20,000 bases of DNA from Seison nebaliae. Its lineage: Eukaryota. Made by a program: the position numbers and the translations under genes. The stretch lies in assembly GCA_023231475.1 (NCBI GenBank), contig JALJEE010001046.1:48273-68272 (forward strand). The letters run 5' to 3'. The number at the start of each line of letters is the position of its first letter. The first letter of the stretch is position 1. Under the pieces are notes generated by a model. It was given only the letters and a program-made list of their open reading frames with translations. It searched no databases and was not told the origin of the DNA. Shown here in pieces: positions 1 through 12,200 of this stretch.

Positions 1-1967
1 GATGATGAAATAGCAGAAGTGTTTCTTAGTGAACAAATTCCAACAAAAGCACAAATTAAAGTTTTCTTCCCATAAATTATTTGTTTGATGTGAATGATTA
101 TTGGAAATTAGAAAGCTGTTCGACGTCAATGTTTAAAGAGAAAATTTACTCCAGTTTTCGTTGGTTCCGCTCTCAAGAATACGGGTGTTCAGAGTTTGTT
201 GGATGGTGTGGTGGAATATTTGCCAAATCCTTCCCAAGTCAATAACTTTGCAATAGAAACAACAAAGTTATTTTATTATATTATTTTATGATTATTTAAC
301 TTCAAATCATTTTGAAAAGAAATGAAGATGAAGAGGAAAAGAAAATTAAATTAAATAACTTTCGGAATTCAAATGATGAATTTGTTGGATTGGCATTCAA
401 ACTAGAAGTTATTTTTCTTTTTAAAACTATTTCATTTAATAATTGATTAATAATAAGGCAGGTCGTTTTGGACAATTGACATACTTGCGCATTTATCAAG
501 GAACTGTCGACAAAGGCCAATATATTTATAATACAAGAACGGGAAGAAGAATCAAAATTCCACGCATGGTACGAATGCATTCGAATCAAATGGAAGTTTA
601 TCTATTTTTCTCTCCGTTTCTTATCAATTATTTTCAGGATACAAATTCTGTATCATCTGGTGACATTGTCGCATTTTTTGGTGTAGATTGTGCGAGTGGA
701 GACACATTTGTTACAAATAAGAACCTTAAATTAAGTATGGTTAATGTTATGGTGTAGAGTTTGTTTTCAATTGAAATTTGAAATATTTTAGGAATCGATA
801 CATATTCCTGATGCCGTTCTCTCAATGTCTATTCGACCTGTTGATAAAAATAATTTAGAAAATTTTTCGAAAGGATTGGCAAGGTTAAATTTAATTGTTG
901 AATTATTTCTTTTAATATTAATTTTGTCCGTTTTCATTTCTTATTATTTCTCTGTAATATTTTCACTATAATTTAATTTTCATTATTAATTTTATTAATA
1001 TTTTCAGATTCACAAAAGAAGATCCCACATTTCGAATAGCTTACGATAATGAATCGAAAGAAACTTTGGCATCGGGCATGGGTGAATTACATTTGGAGAT
1101 TTATGCTCAACGTCTCGAAAGGGAATATGGAGCGAAATGTGTATTGGGCAAACCGAAAGTAGCTTTTCGAGAAACTTTAATCGAACCTTTCCAGTTATTA
1201 ATCGAACCTTTACTAATAGTCGTATTAATTGTGTTGAATGGAAATTATTGAAATATTTGAAGGTTCGATTATCAGCATAAAAGACAATCAGGAGGTCAAG
1301 GTCAATTTGGTCGAGTGATTGGAATTATTGATGTTAGACATATCTGCTTTTAATTGGTGAATTTATTGTTGATAATTTCTAGCCACTTGGTTCAGATAAA
1401 TATACTTTATGTGAATTCCGAAGTGAGACGATTGGAACAAATATTCCAACGCAATATATTCCTGGTATTCGTCGTGGTTTCAATGACAGTTTAATTGAAG
1501 GTCCATTAAGTGGAGCGATCGTATCTGGAATACGGATGCGATTACAAGATGGTGTAAGTCATGCTGTTGATTCAAGTGATTACTCTTTCTATCTAGCTAG
1601 TAAGGGCGCAATGAAACAAGCGTTCGATGAAGGACAATGGCAAATACTTGAACCGATTATGTTAGTTGAAGTAAATGCTCCCAGCGAATTCAAAGGTGCC
1701 GTTCTTGGACAATTGAATAAAAGAAGTGGAATCATTCAATCGACAGACGGTAGCATCGAATGGTCGACAGTATTCGCTGAAGTACCATTGAACAAAATGT
1801 TTGGTTATGCAACTGAGTTGCGTTCAGCCACTCAAGGTAAAGGAGAATTTACTATGGAATTTCATCGATACGCTCCCGCCCAAATAGATACGCAAAACCA
1901 AATTATTGACGAATATATTAATTCGAAACTCAAACCAGTATCAGTTCATTCGCGTAAGAAACGATGA
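1..1967 (+). CDS. GFM1: Mitochondrial translation elongation factor G1, 5'-truncated by the window edge. Exons: <1-60, 112-266, 320-407, 458-595, 638-739, 792-883, 1008-1193, 1263-1332, 1383-1967 (491 codons plus TGA)
   Basis: Spliced translation gives EF-G motifs: [142 protein letters not shown]. Eight GT-AG introns restore the frame (61-111, 267-319, 408-457, 596-637, 740-791, 884-1007, 1194-1262, 1333-1382). Confidence 0.96.
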
Positions 1968-2170
1968 ATTTTCTCAATTTAACAATTATTATGAAAGAAT
2001 TGTTTTGGCAGAAGATATAAAATTTTATGTATATTTATAAATTTTAATTTTATTCATAAGTAATCGTTATTATTATACAAATGTAATTTAGAAACATAAT
2101 TGTGATATTAGGAATATGTATTGACATACATTATATCACACACATTATAAATTTTATCCACTCTACCACA

Positions 2171-2210
2171 ATATCGATATAGTATAGAGTCTATACTATA
2201 GACTCTATAG
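2171..2210. repeat. Cluster of overlapping palindromes
   Basis: ATATCGATAT (2171-2180); 11-bp arms centred on 2189 (2178-2200); 13-bp arms TATAGAGTCTATA-C-TATAGACTCTATA (2183-2209); 7-bp arms centred on 2203. Confidence 0.85.
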
Positions 2211-3640
2211 CAACTTAAAGAATATGAAATATATAAGAAATCCTATTGATATTTAATGAAAAATTAGACATTTCGAAAGACGATTAAGTAATAATTCAAG
2301 AATGTTAGATGAAAGATTGTTTGTGCAAAAGAATAATTAATATGAAAATAATTTTGAAGGAGACATTACCATCAAATTAACTCTCTAATCTTATGAATAA
2401 TTGAGGAATAATGATGATTTCGATACATTTACCGTAATTTAAGTTAGTCTACTGAAAAATTTTTCAATGTTTATCATTATTATTGTTATTTAATATATGT
2501 GAAAAGTAGAAGAGAATTGCGATCTAAATATATAGAATAGATTATCGTGAAACCGAAGAAATTCGGAGTAATTTGAACATAAATATCTACAGATTGTTAT
2601 TTGATGATTTGGTTAAATATTTAACTTGTAAGAACTAAATGAAATTGACAAATTTATATTTTGGATAGTTCAATAGAGTTCATTATCGATCTAATCGATT
2701 TAATGATCCATTTAGTACTTTCGTTGAAGAAATGAAGAGACATGATTAGAAAGAGTTTTCTCAGAGTTTTCAGGTCAATTTGATCGCTTCTCCTCCCTAA
2801 ACTCCATCGCCATTCATCCAATAGAGAATAGTGAATCGAAATAGTCATAGATATAATTGATATTCAGGAGATAAATGAACAATCATAACAATGACCATAT
2901 TGGACTTTCATCTGTTCGCGACTTCCATTCTTCTGATTAGTATTCCAGTTGATCGAAGTTATGAATTGTTCAACAGATGACTATCTTGACCAAATATATT
3001 TCCACTGAATTTCATTGTTTTCTTATTTTGTTTTTCTATTCATTCCAAAGAATCGAAGTCTTTTATCTTCTGATTACATTATCATGTTCTTTCAATTAAT
3101 CGAAAGTTTCCATTCCAATTGCTCTCTTCATCAATCAAATAATTCACTTTTCCTCTAGTCTATCCGTCTGTTGGAGAAGTAATCATTGACGAGTAAATTG
3201 ATCGAAATGAAGAAATAGATTTTCCAGCAATCTTTCAGACAGACCACTTTCATTCCAAACAATATTTGGTGGATATATTTCGTTGCGGTTATATGGAGAT
3301 ATATCAATTGATACGGAACATTATCAGAGTGTTGACCTATTTTCATTAGAGAGAAAAAGGAAAGAAAAAAGACAACAAAACTTCTTTCTTCCCACCAAAA
3401 AAAAATGGAACTGATTGAAAGGGAAAGAAATTATCACACAATCAAATCGTGATGTGCGAATTAATGTAATTCTTTCAAAGTTGTCATCTGATATTGTTTA
3501 GGTTGATTAATTCTTGCAGAATATTCTTGGAAATATGTTTCTTCAAATTCTTATACTTCATTACCTTCCCACCTGTACCCTCAACTCACCTCAATCAAAT
3601 GTTACATTAACTTCCCAACTTCTTCCCGAAACATTTCTTT

Positions 3641-3682
3641 CCTTCCTTCCTTTCTTCATTCATTCATTCAGTCAGTCAGTCA
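3641..3682. repeat. Compound tetranucleotide microsatellite (CCTT)/(TCAT)/(TCAG)
   Basis: ccttccttcctttcttcattcattcattcagtcagtcagtca read directly. Confidence 0.7.
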
Positions 3683-5055
3683 ACTAAATGACTCTTTTGC
3701 TGGTGAGACACATTGAATAATTACAATCATTCCAACAACAATAATAATTCGATAAGAGAAATATTGATATTGATTGCTATTATTACAATGATTGCACACA
3801 AGATTGTTACTTCCTGTTTTTCTCGAAGAAATTTAATGAAGGAAGTAAACAGTCTCGTCAGTTTGCCTGGTAAAAATTTCCTTTAGTAGAAATCGATTAA
3901 ATCATCTAAAATTTTATGTTTCTCATCAGAAAAAGAATTGAAAACCGTCAGAGATTACACATTAATTCTACTGATTTTATTATTCTAAATGAAATGATTA
4001 TTTTTAATGATTTAAAATATTTTTTTTATTCAAATTTCCAGATAATTTATTAGAATCATTTTAAGATTTGTCTTTGTTTTTTTGTTTTAAACTTTTCATT
4101 TCAGTTAGTTAACAGATCATCTCTCTGGGATACTCTTCTTTTCGTTTTTGTGATAATCAAATATTTTTACGGAAATGATTCATCGAAATTAAGATAAGAA
4201 AATTTCATGTTAATTACAGAAAGGTGCCATTGACAGGAATGTAATCATAAATTGCTTAAATTCCAACTGTGACAAATGAAATTTCTTGGAATTTTTCTAT
4301 TTTTTCTTATTTTCATTTGCACTCTTAATTGACGGTGTAACTTCAGGAAGAAGAAAAAATAACAGAACAATCTTCCTTACGCTCACCTCTATCATCATTT
4401 ACCAGACAGGAAACATGTTGTCAAATTTGACAAAAGCAACAATTGTTCGTTTAGTAAAAACTTTCGTCGAATAACAAACAAAATTGTGGAACTGACCTGA
4501 ATTGTCTCGAATTATCAGAATAATTCTAAGTTGATGGTATATTTCTAAATTATATTATCGCGTTTACGACAGTAACGATCGTCGTTGAATTTGAAAGAAA
4601 ATACGGAAGAAAATTTCTTTGTTATTCTCGCCAACTTTAACTTCATGTTCATCATCAACGTAAGAGTATTGTACGTCTATATGACAATTTTGCGTTATGT
4701 GTTCTCCGTTTTTTTTTTCGACAAAAAAGAATCGACGTCTAATTTTTGTTTATCATTATCATCGCCATCATTCTTCATAAGATTGATATGAAGAAAAGAA
4801 GAAAGAACATATTAGGAATCATTAAGATGCTATTCCGTTTAATTTCATTTGGCGTTAAGAATGCGAGAAAATACATATAAAAAAAATATATGTAATATTT
4901 CCCTCTCCATTTATCGTGTTTTCCATTATCTTTCCCCCTCTTTATTTCCCGGTTGTTTATTTTAATCGACACAATGAAGCACACTTTCATAGACGATGGC
5001 GCACATATGGATGAATTAGACAGTCATATGTTAAGGTTAGTTGTTGGATTCAATG

Positions 5056-5092
5056 TTATGTTGTTGTTGTTGATGATGATGATGATGATGAT
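5056..5092. repeat. Compound trinucleotide microsatellite (TTG)n(ATG)n
   Basis: ttatgttgttgttgttgatgatgatgatgatgatgat read directly. Confidence 0.8.
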
Positions 5093-8000
5093 TGTACAAT
5101 CGTTTTCTTCTCGTTAATTATGTGTACAGCTGTCTTTTAGGTACATTCTAGCGTATGGTTAAAGAATAGTTCCACTACATTTATGACATCAACTTATATA
5201 ATGTCATTCAAGAAGGAAATTTCTTCTTTCGGTTCCCTCAAACCACAATTCCTCTCATTCAACAACTAACAGTTCACTCCGTAATTTCTTTTACTCTTAA
5301 CAATTCTTTTAATTCGAAATAATTGTAAAAATGTGAATGAAATATATTAAGGAACCTTCAAATTTAAGGATTCACAGAATGAATCACTTAATTATGAAGA
5401 GGAGTAGGAGGAAGAACTAGGAAGAATTGCCTTTTATTTGTTGCTGTCAAATAATTCAATAACGTTTTCGTTTTTCGCTTTAAGTTACTTTAAGAACTAT
5501 TTATTTTTAATTATCATTACTTGGGAAACACTTACAACTTGTTAGTAGAAATCTTTCAAACTCAAGTTTGAAAACATTTTAATTAGTCACCTCTATGTCA
5601 AAGTGGTTATACAAAACCATTTTAATTTAAATTGAAGTTCATAAATTTTTTAATATGTGCAACTGATAAGGTGATTAGTTGAAAAAGAATTGAGTTCAAT
5701 ATATATCGCATCGTACCCAAAAACATCTTGTAACGAAAGCTAGATTATAAGAAATTTTTAAGACATTCTCACAAAACATTTTTTTTGTTAACTAGAAGAC
5801 TAGTAAGTTTTGTATGTAGATTCGATCTGAACCGCATGTAACATAAAAAATAAAAGTTAGAGTTGTAACACGAAAGTCTTTTTGGGTAAGTTGGAAGAAC
5901 AAACTCATCTTATGTCGAACATTTTTATGTACATAATCATACATTCTCTTTGTGTTCCACTATCATGTCATCATCTCAAATAACGTTCTCCTTTACATGT
6001 CGAATATGTTAATACAATGCAAATATTTCCTTTAAATTCAGATTATTAAACAATATTGTCGAATTATGATCAATTTCTAAATGACCGCCGGTCACCATTA
6101 ATATGATAATTATCAGTCGGATCTGTATACTCCCTTTCATATTCTCATCAGTCTGATGTGAAATTTGTCTTTCATACGTCATGTTATATAATCAATGAAC
6201 GAAAAGTACTTCGTTTGGTGAAATTGTTCTAATTTTTCCATAATATTTATTTAGCTAATTTTTAGACACAATCGTTTCCCCTAAACCGATTTCCAGTTAG
6301 AATAATTACAAATTGAAATTTGAGTCCTCTTCTGCACAGATTGCGGTCCAGTTTCACTATAATTCATTCATCAAAAGTATGAAAGAAAGCAAACAATGAA
6401 TCATTTACCTATTTTATTCCGTCTCTTCTTCTTCTTTTACCATCTGGTGACAAACAACTTGAACATTATGAAAGGAAATTCCCAAAATGGAGAAGAAAGG
6501 AAAAGGATGTAATTATGAAAATCCTCTCTAAAAGCGGAAGAAGAATATGGTGGTGAGATGAATTTATTTGAACGGCTTCTTTAATTCACCATCCGTCTAC
6601 CTTTTCTTCTTTCTTTTTTTTGCTTTTTAAAAACTTCTCCAGTCAATTTGTTGATGAGTTTAAAATAAGTGTTTATTATGTAATATAATTTTATGGACAG
6701 ATGTCTCGTTATCAAACATATATATTTTCTTACTCATGAAAAGTTTCCGTTCTTTACTCATCTCTGATTCATTCATTTCTATAATAAAAATAATAAAAGA
6801 AATCACCAATTTCTCATTCATATTGAAGTTGAATTGTTATAAAAACGAAGAAGTGATTCCTCTTCCTCAATTGGAATCTTTTAAGAGAAAACTTAGAAAA
6901 CTTTCGTCGGGCTATACATCGAATGTCGCTATCGCAACATTATGTGTAATTAAGAATTGAATTGAATTAAATTTAACTTCATCTTCTTATCATTCTTCCC
7001 ATGTTTCCCAAGTCTGTTTGATAGTGTATTAAGGAGCAATAAGTTTTGTGTAAATAAGGTTTTTGGTAGAAAAAATTATTCAATTTATTTCTAAGGCAAT
7101 CGGTAAACTTATTTCTTCTTTTGATTTTCTTGTATTTCTACATCAATTCTTTTCCAACGACAAAACAAATTCTCCGAATGATAAAAACTTATTTGCTACA
7201 CAATTGAAAGACAATTCATCAATATTAATTTCCGTTTCAATCATTTCTAGATTGGTCATTTGGAATATTATTTTATCGAATTGAATGACTTATCGTTTGT
7301 CCCAAAAATATTTTACGAGTTTCAATTATTGTCGCCAATTCGTTTTTTTTTCATTGTGTATAGTTAAGAGGTAATTCTTAGTCTGAGTTTGGTCGTCTAA
7401 TAAGTAGATTTATTGAGAAAAGCACATTTTATGTTAGTGACGAAAGTAAATAAATGGACTTGAACAATATGTCTCCGATTAACATTTTATGTTACGGGGA
7501 AAAAAGTAAGAACTTATATTGTGTATGGTGGAATTGCATTTTGTAATAAGATTTTGTCCAATGTTTCTTTTTTTATGGAAACAATCGTTCTAGATTAATA
7601 TTTACGAACAAAGCGGTTTTTGTTTATTATCAAATCCGGTTTAATTTTCACTAAAAATCATTTGAGTTTTTTTCATTTTAACAGAGGAATTGTCTGATAC
7701 AACTTCTGCTATGTCAGTAAATAATCATCATCTGATATTATTAGATTGATAAACTTACGACATAAATAGTTTAATCAGATGGAAGTTATGTTAATAGAAG
7801 TTTCTTGGTTGTCGAGCTAAGCCTATTCGTTATACCTGCATAATAATGCTCATTTCAACTGTTACATGTATATGTTCCTTTTTGTGTTATGTTCATATAC
7901 TTCAAATAAAACGAATAGGAAAATTGTTTTTGAAAAAGAATTCAGAAATATTGTAAATTCCTTAATGATATAGAGCGCAATTGAATTTTTTGGTTGGCAT

Positions 8001-9280
8001 GGCAACCAAGTGACCTTGAATTAGAAAATTCTCCCACCTTCTTATCCCTTGTTGATCGAGAAATTCTCTTTTTTTTGGGGGAAAAGCCATATACAAATAC
8101 TTGTTCTCCAACCCGACACTAGTTCGTTCGACACAGAGAGATCATTTGGGAACACTATTCGAAAAGTTGGTTAGAGAAGAAACAGTAAAAAGTTGACACA
8201 TTTCATTGCAGTTGAATGACGATCATCAACTAAAATTGAAATGACATCCTGATATTTGGAAGTAATTTAATGAAATTCTTCTCATTCATTCCGTCGTTTA
8301 TTATAATTATTTCTCTCAGTCTTCGCCATTCTGAGCATGTTCCTTCTTCCTCTCATTTATATCCAAGAAACATTTGTATGTTATTTCCCAATAAACCAAA
8401 GTAACCTGATGACGTTGTCCACTGAAGTGATGATAGTTCAAAAAATCATCTTTCCGAAAAAATTTCTCTTTTATTGCATAGAAAAGGAAAGAATTTAACA
8501 TAAATTCTCGACAGTATGTAATAACATTTACTTCAGTTGAAGGAAGGTCAGTTTGATAAATAAGAACTCGTTCGTCATGCGAAACAATTTTAATGTTCCA
8601 TCATTTCCTTCTCGTTAAAAGTGAGAGGAGTGGATTGATCTCTCATTCATTCATTTTCTTCTATCAACATGAATCTATATTATTTATTGGGATTGCTTCA
8701 TTCAATCATCTTTCCACTTCACCATCATCAATGTAACATTATCTTTCTCTTTTTCCAATTCACAAAATTATACTGAGAATACTTTTAAAATTTTGATGCA
8801 CACAATTGCTCGTGCGAATAACAACAGATGTAATACCATGACTTAATTTCTTTATGATCATTCTCGTCATTCCTTATCAGATATTAAAAGAATTATTTAA
8901 GGAAATTCCTTATTTTTCCTACAAACAACATTTGACCAAATGGAATTTTTATGAGAATGTCATTAATTAAACTAATTTCCGTTTTATTATTGCACCAGAA
9001 TTATTATTTTCCTTCTATTCAATTGTTTGATTTCTCAAAAATAACAATTCTGATTTCACAGATCTGTGTGAAAATTTTAGTTGGACAAATTAGAAAAATT
9101 ACAAAAAGAAATATCGTAAACATTTGGGCATCTTAAGCAAAATGTAGAGAAATAGAGAATTTTTGGAAAGAAAATTTTTGATGTTAATTCTTCAAAAAAT
9201 TAATTTAGATATCGTGAAATCACAGTTAAAGAGTTTGAAGAGAAACATTAATTTATTGGGAGAAATATTGTACAAAAATA

Positions 9281-12200
9281 ATGACGTTGAATGATCATCG
9301 ATCTAATTTGGAAGAGAGTGATGAAGATGAGGACAATCATATCAACCTATGTGTTGTCACGACGACATGGAAGAAAATGTTCAAGTTTCCATCTGATCGT
9401 CTAATTTGGACAATAAAGAAAGATGTCATCGAATCCTGTCCGCCAAATGTTTCCGATCCATATAATATGGGTCTCTATCTCCCACCATCAAATGGACGTG
9501 CGGGGAAGTTTTTGGACGAAGCGAGACTACTGAATAATTATCCATTACAATCAAATGAAAGTCCATTTGTCATACTCGAATTCAAATATAAAAGAAGAAT
9601 ATATAAAATTTTAAACATCAACGAAACGAAAATAAAGAGTCTTCACACGGAAAAGAACTTGTGTAAATTTCTTCACAATATCAAAAGTCAAAATGTGAAT
9701 AAAGTATTAAAATTATTGAATAAAGGACTCGATCCTAATTTTCATTCAGTTGACACTAAAGATACGCCTCTAACACTCGCCATTCATCAATGGTCAGAAT
9801 CGAATAATCAAATTGAAATTCATTCACAAAATACGAACGAAATTCATAAGATCAACAATAGTTCCACATCGGATTATTCGTCGAATATCAGTCAACTTTC
9901 AAGTAATTTTAGCAGTTTCTCCAGCCTACCACCAAAAGGACAAAATGAAAAGAAATTTAGTCGAGTCAATTCAGCATTAAATACGACACTTCGTCGAAAT
10001 AATACGAATTATACGCAACGTGTTAATAATAGAGTGGAAGCATTCAAACAAATCGTATTGATGTTAGTTGAACATGGTGCTCATTTAGATTATCGAACAA
10101 TGACTTCATTAACACCATTGCATGTGGCTGTCCAACGGAATAATTTGGCTGCTGTTAAAATACTTTTATCGTTAGGTGCATCACCCAATGTATATGATAC
10201 GAATGATTTGACACCACTCTGGTATTCAATGTCATCAGTTGTTTGTTTACCAATCATTCGTCTTCTGCTGCATGATCACGCCATCGTGAATGATTTGAGA
10301 GATCCTAGTGGAAATTCTATTGTGCATGAGGCGGTTATAGCCAATTCGGCTGAGAAACTTGAACAATTAATATTTTATGGGGCTATTCTAGATCAACAGA
10401 ATCAAATTGGTAATACTCCTTTACATGTGGCCGTATTACATCGACATGTTTCCTACTTCTTATCCACATCAGTTTATTTGATTAATATTTTGTTCGTGTA
10501 GGAAGCATGTGTGCGAATGTTATTGTTTCGGGGTGCTGATTGCACAATAACGAATGATATGAATCTAACACCCAAACAAATTGCGGAAAAGGAAAAACTA
10601 ACATCTTTCGTGAAAATGTTCAAGAATTTCAAGAAGAAAAATGCAGGTTAAATTCATGATTATGACTACCTCCTAGTTAAATTCCGAGAATTATCACTCC
10701 TTTGTCGCTTGTGACGAGTGGAAGTATTAAGGAACTATTCGCGTGAAACTGTTAGTGATACAAACAGTGAACGACATAAATCATATTTAAGTGAAGGAAG
10801 AAATCGAAGAATTTTAGAGTGGTGTAGTAGTTTCAGGAAAGGCAGAGGAAATTTCAGATTTATCTTTCTAATCGTTTCTTTTATTTATACATAAAAATTT
10901 GAAATTTCTAAATGATTCCTAAGCAAAAAAAGAGAGTAAAAGGTTTCTTGTTTACTTAAATGTAAAAAAAAATTGGGGAGACCAACATGAAAAAGCAATG
11001 AGACACCAAATAATTTTTTCCTTTTTTAAAGAAAACTCCATTTTTACTTTTTTAGAAGATAATGAGATGAAATGGAAATCTGAGATGAATTAGATACAAT
11101 TGAACATAGATCAGATTCATTGACATTTCCTCAATCCCCATTAAAGCGGATCGATGATTCCTTTTTTATTTATTTATCGTCATTCTCTTTTGGTAAACAT
11201 TTTTACTAGTTTTTTTTTTCGATGTCTTTTTTGTCCATTCGATTTCGACAACATCTATAAATAGATTATATTCCCTAGATTAATTTGTAGAGGAAATATC
11301 TAGTTAGATAATAATAAGATATAGTATGTATCATGAAAATTTTGAAAATGTTTAAAGTAAAAATTTCAGAATTGAATAATTTGAAAGACAGTTTTTGGAA
11401 GTAATAAAATTTTATCGTTATGAAAATGTCATTGGAGGATCGTCAAATACGTTTTTAAACAATAATATTAGCGACGAAAGATGATATGTGTTCCGAAGAA
11501 AAACGAATTATATTTATGGTTTTTTACGAGGGAAATATAATTGAAATTTTCACAAGACGAAAAACTTCCGGAATTTCTCATGATTCTCATCTTATCGATG
11601 TTAATGACTATTATTATGTTGGTGAGTGACAGAGAAGGTTAAAAATTTATTGTTTTTTTTTCGTGGCATTCGATCATGAATGTAGAAATGTTCCGTCTTC
11701 GCGTCTTCCCCATAACTTATTTGTCATGTAACGAGAGGATCAGATGTACATTGGAAAATGTGACGAGGTGATGTTCGATTGATCGAACGATCAATAAATT
11801 ATGTGATTTCCATTTGAACTACGCAAGAGAAGGTGAAGAAGAAGGAATAAATCAATTTTTTTGTTGATGTGATAGAAAAGGAAAGAATAGGAAAGAACTG
11901 AATTGTGTCTATCGACGAGAATAATTTCATGAAAAACATATTTTAGAGAATTATCTCACAAATCGTTAATTGTAATGTATTACATAGAACCGTTCTGTGG
12001 TTTACCGGTACTCAACAGCAAAAGAAGAAGTATATATTTCTCATCAACTTTTCTCAACGACCGAAGTCTCTCCGTTCAAAATAAACAATCGATTTCAATG
12101 AATGAAGAAAAATTGGTTTTCGATTCGAAATATCATCGAAAGAAAATTTTGAGGAATTCCGAACGAGAACGAACTTATTCATCATTAAGTCATTCGTCAG

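Noticed and set aside
302..825. Minus-strand ORFs 302-589 and 634-825
   Set aside because: Antisense shadows of GFM1 exons and introns with no recognisable motifs.
2260..2445. Protein-like frame KIRHFERRLSNN... interrupted only by TAA, hinting at stop-codon reassignment
   Set aside because: TAA (WRAP53), TAG (Shank, RTEL gene) and TGA (GFM1, INCENP) all terminate genes here, and no conserved exon has an internal stop. TAA is simply common in AT-rich DNA.
2654..3346. Minus-strand ORFs 2654-2848 and 3155-3346
   Set aside because: No recognisable homology, and I could not join them into a consistent spliced model.
6082..6094. TGACCG-C-CGGTCA palindrome resembling everted nuclear-receptor half-sites
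   Set aside because: A single 6-bp-arm palindrome is expected by chance in 20 kb.
4286..9136. Short ORFs of 61-74 aa in the Shank upstream region
   Set aside because: F/I/L/K/N-rich composition expected from random AT-rich DNA, several with non-ATG starts, no motifs.
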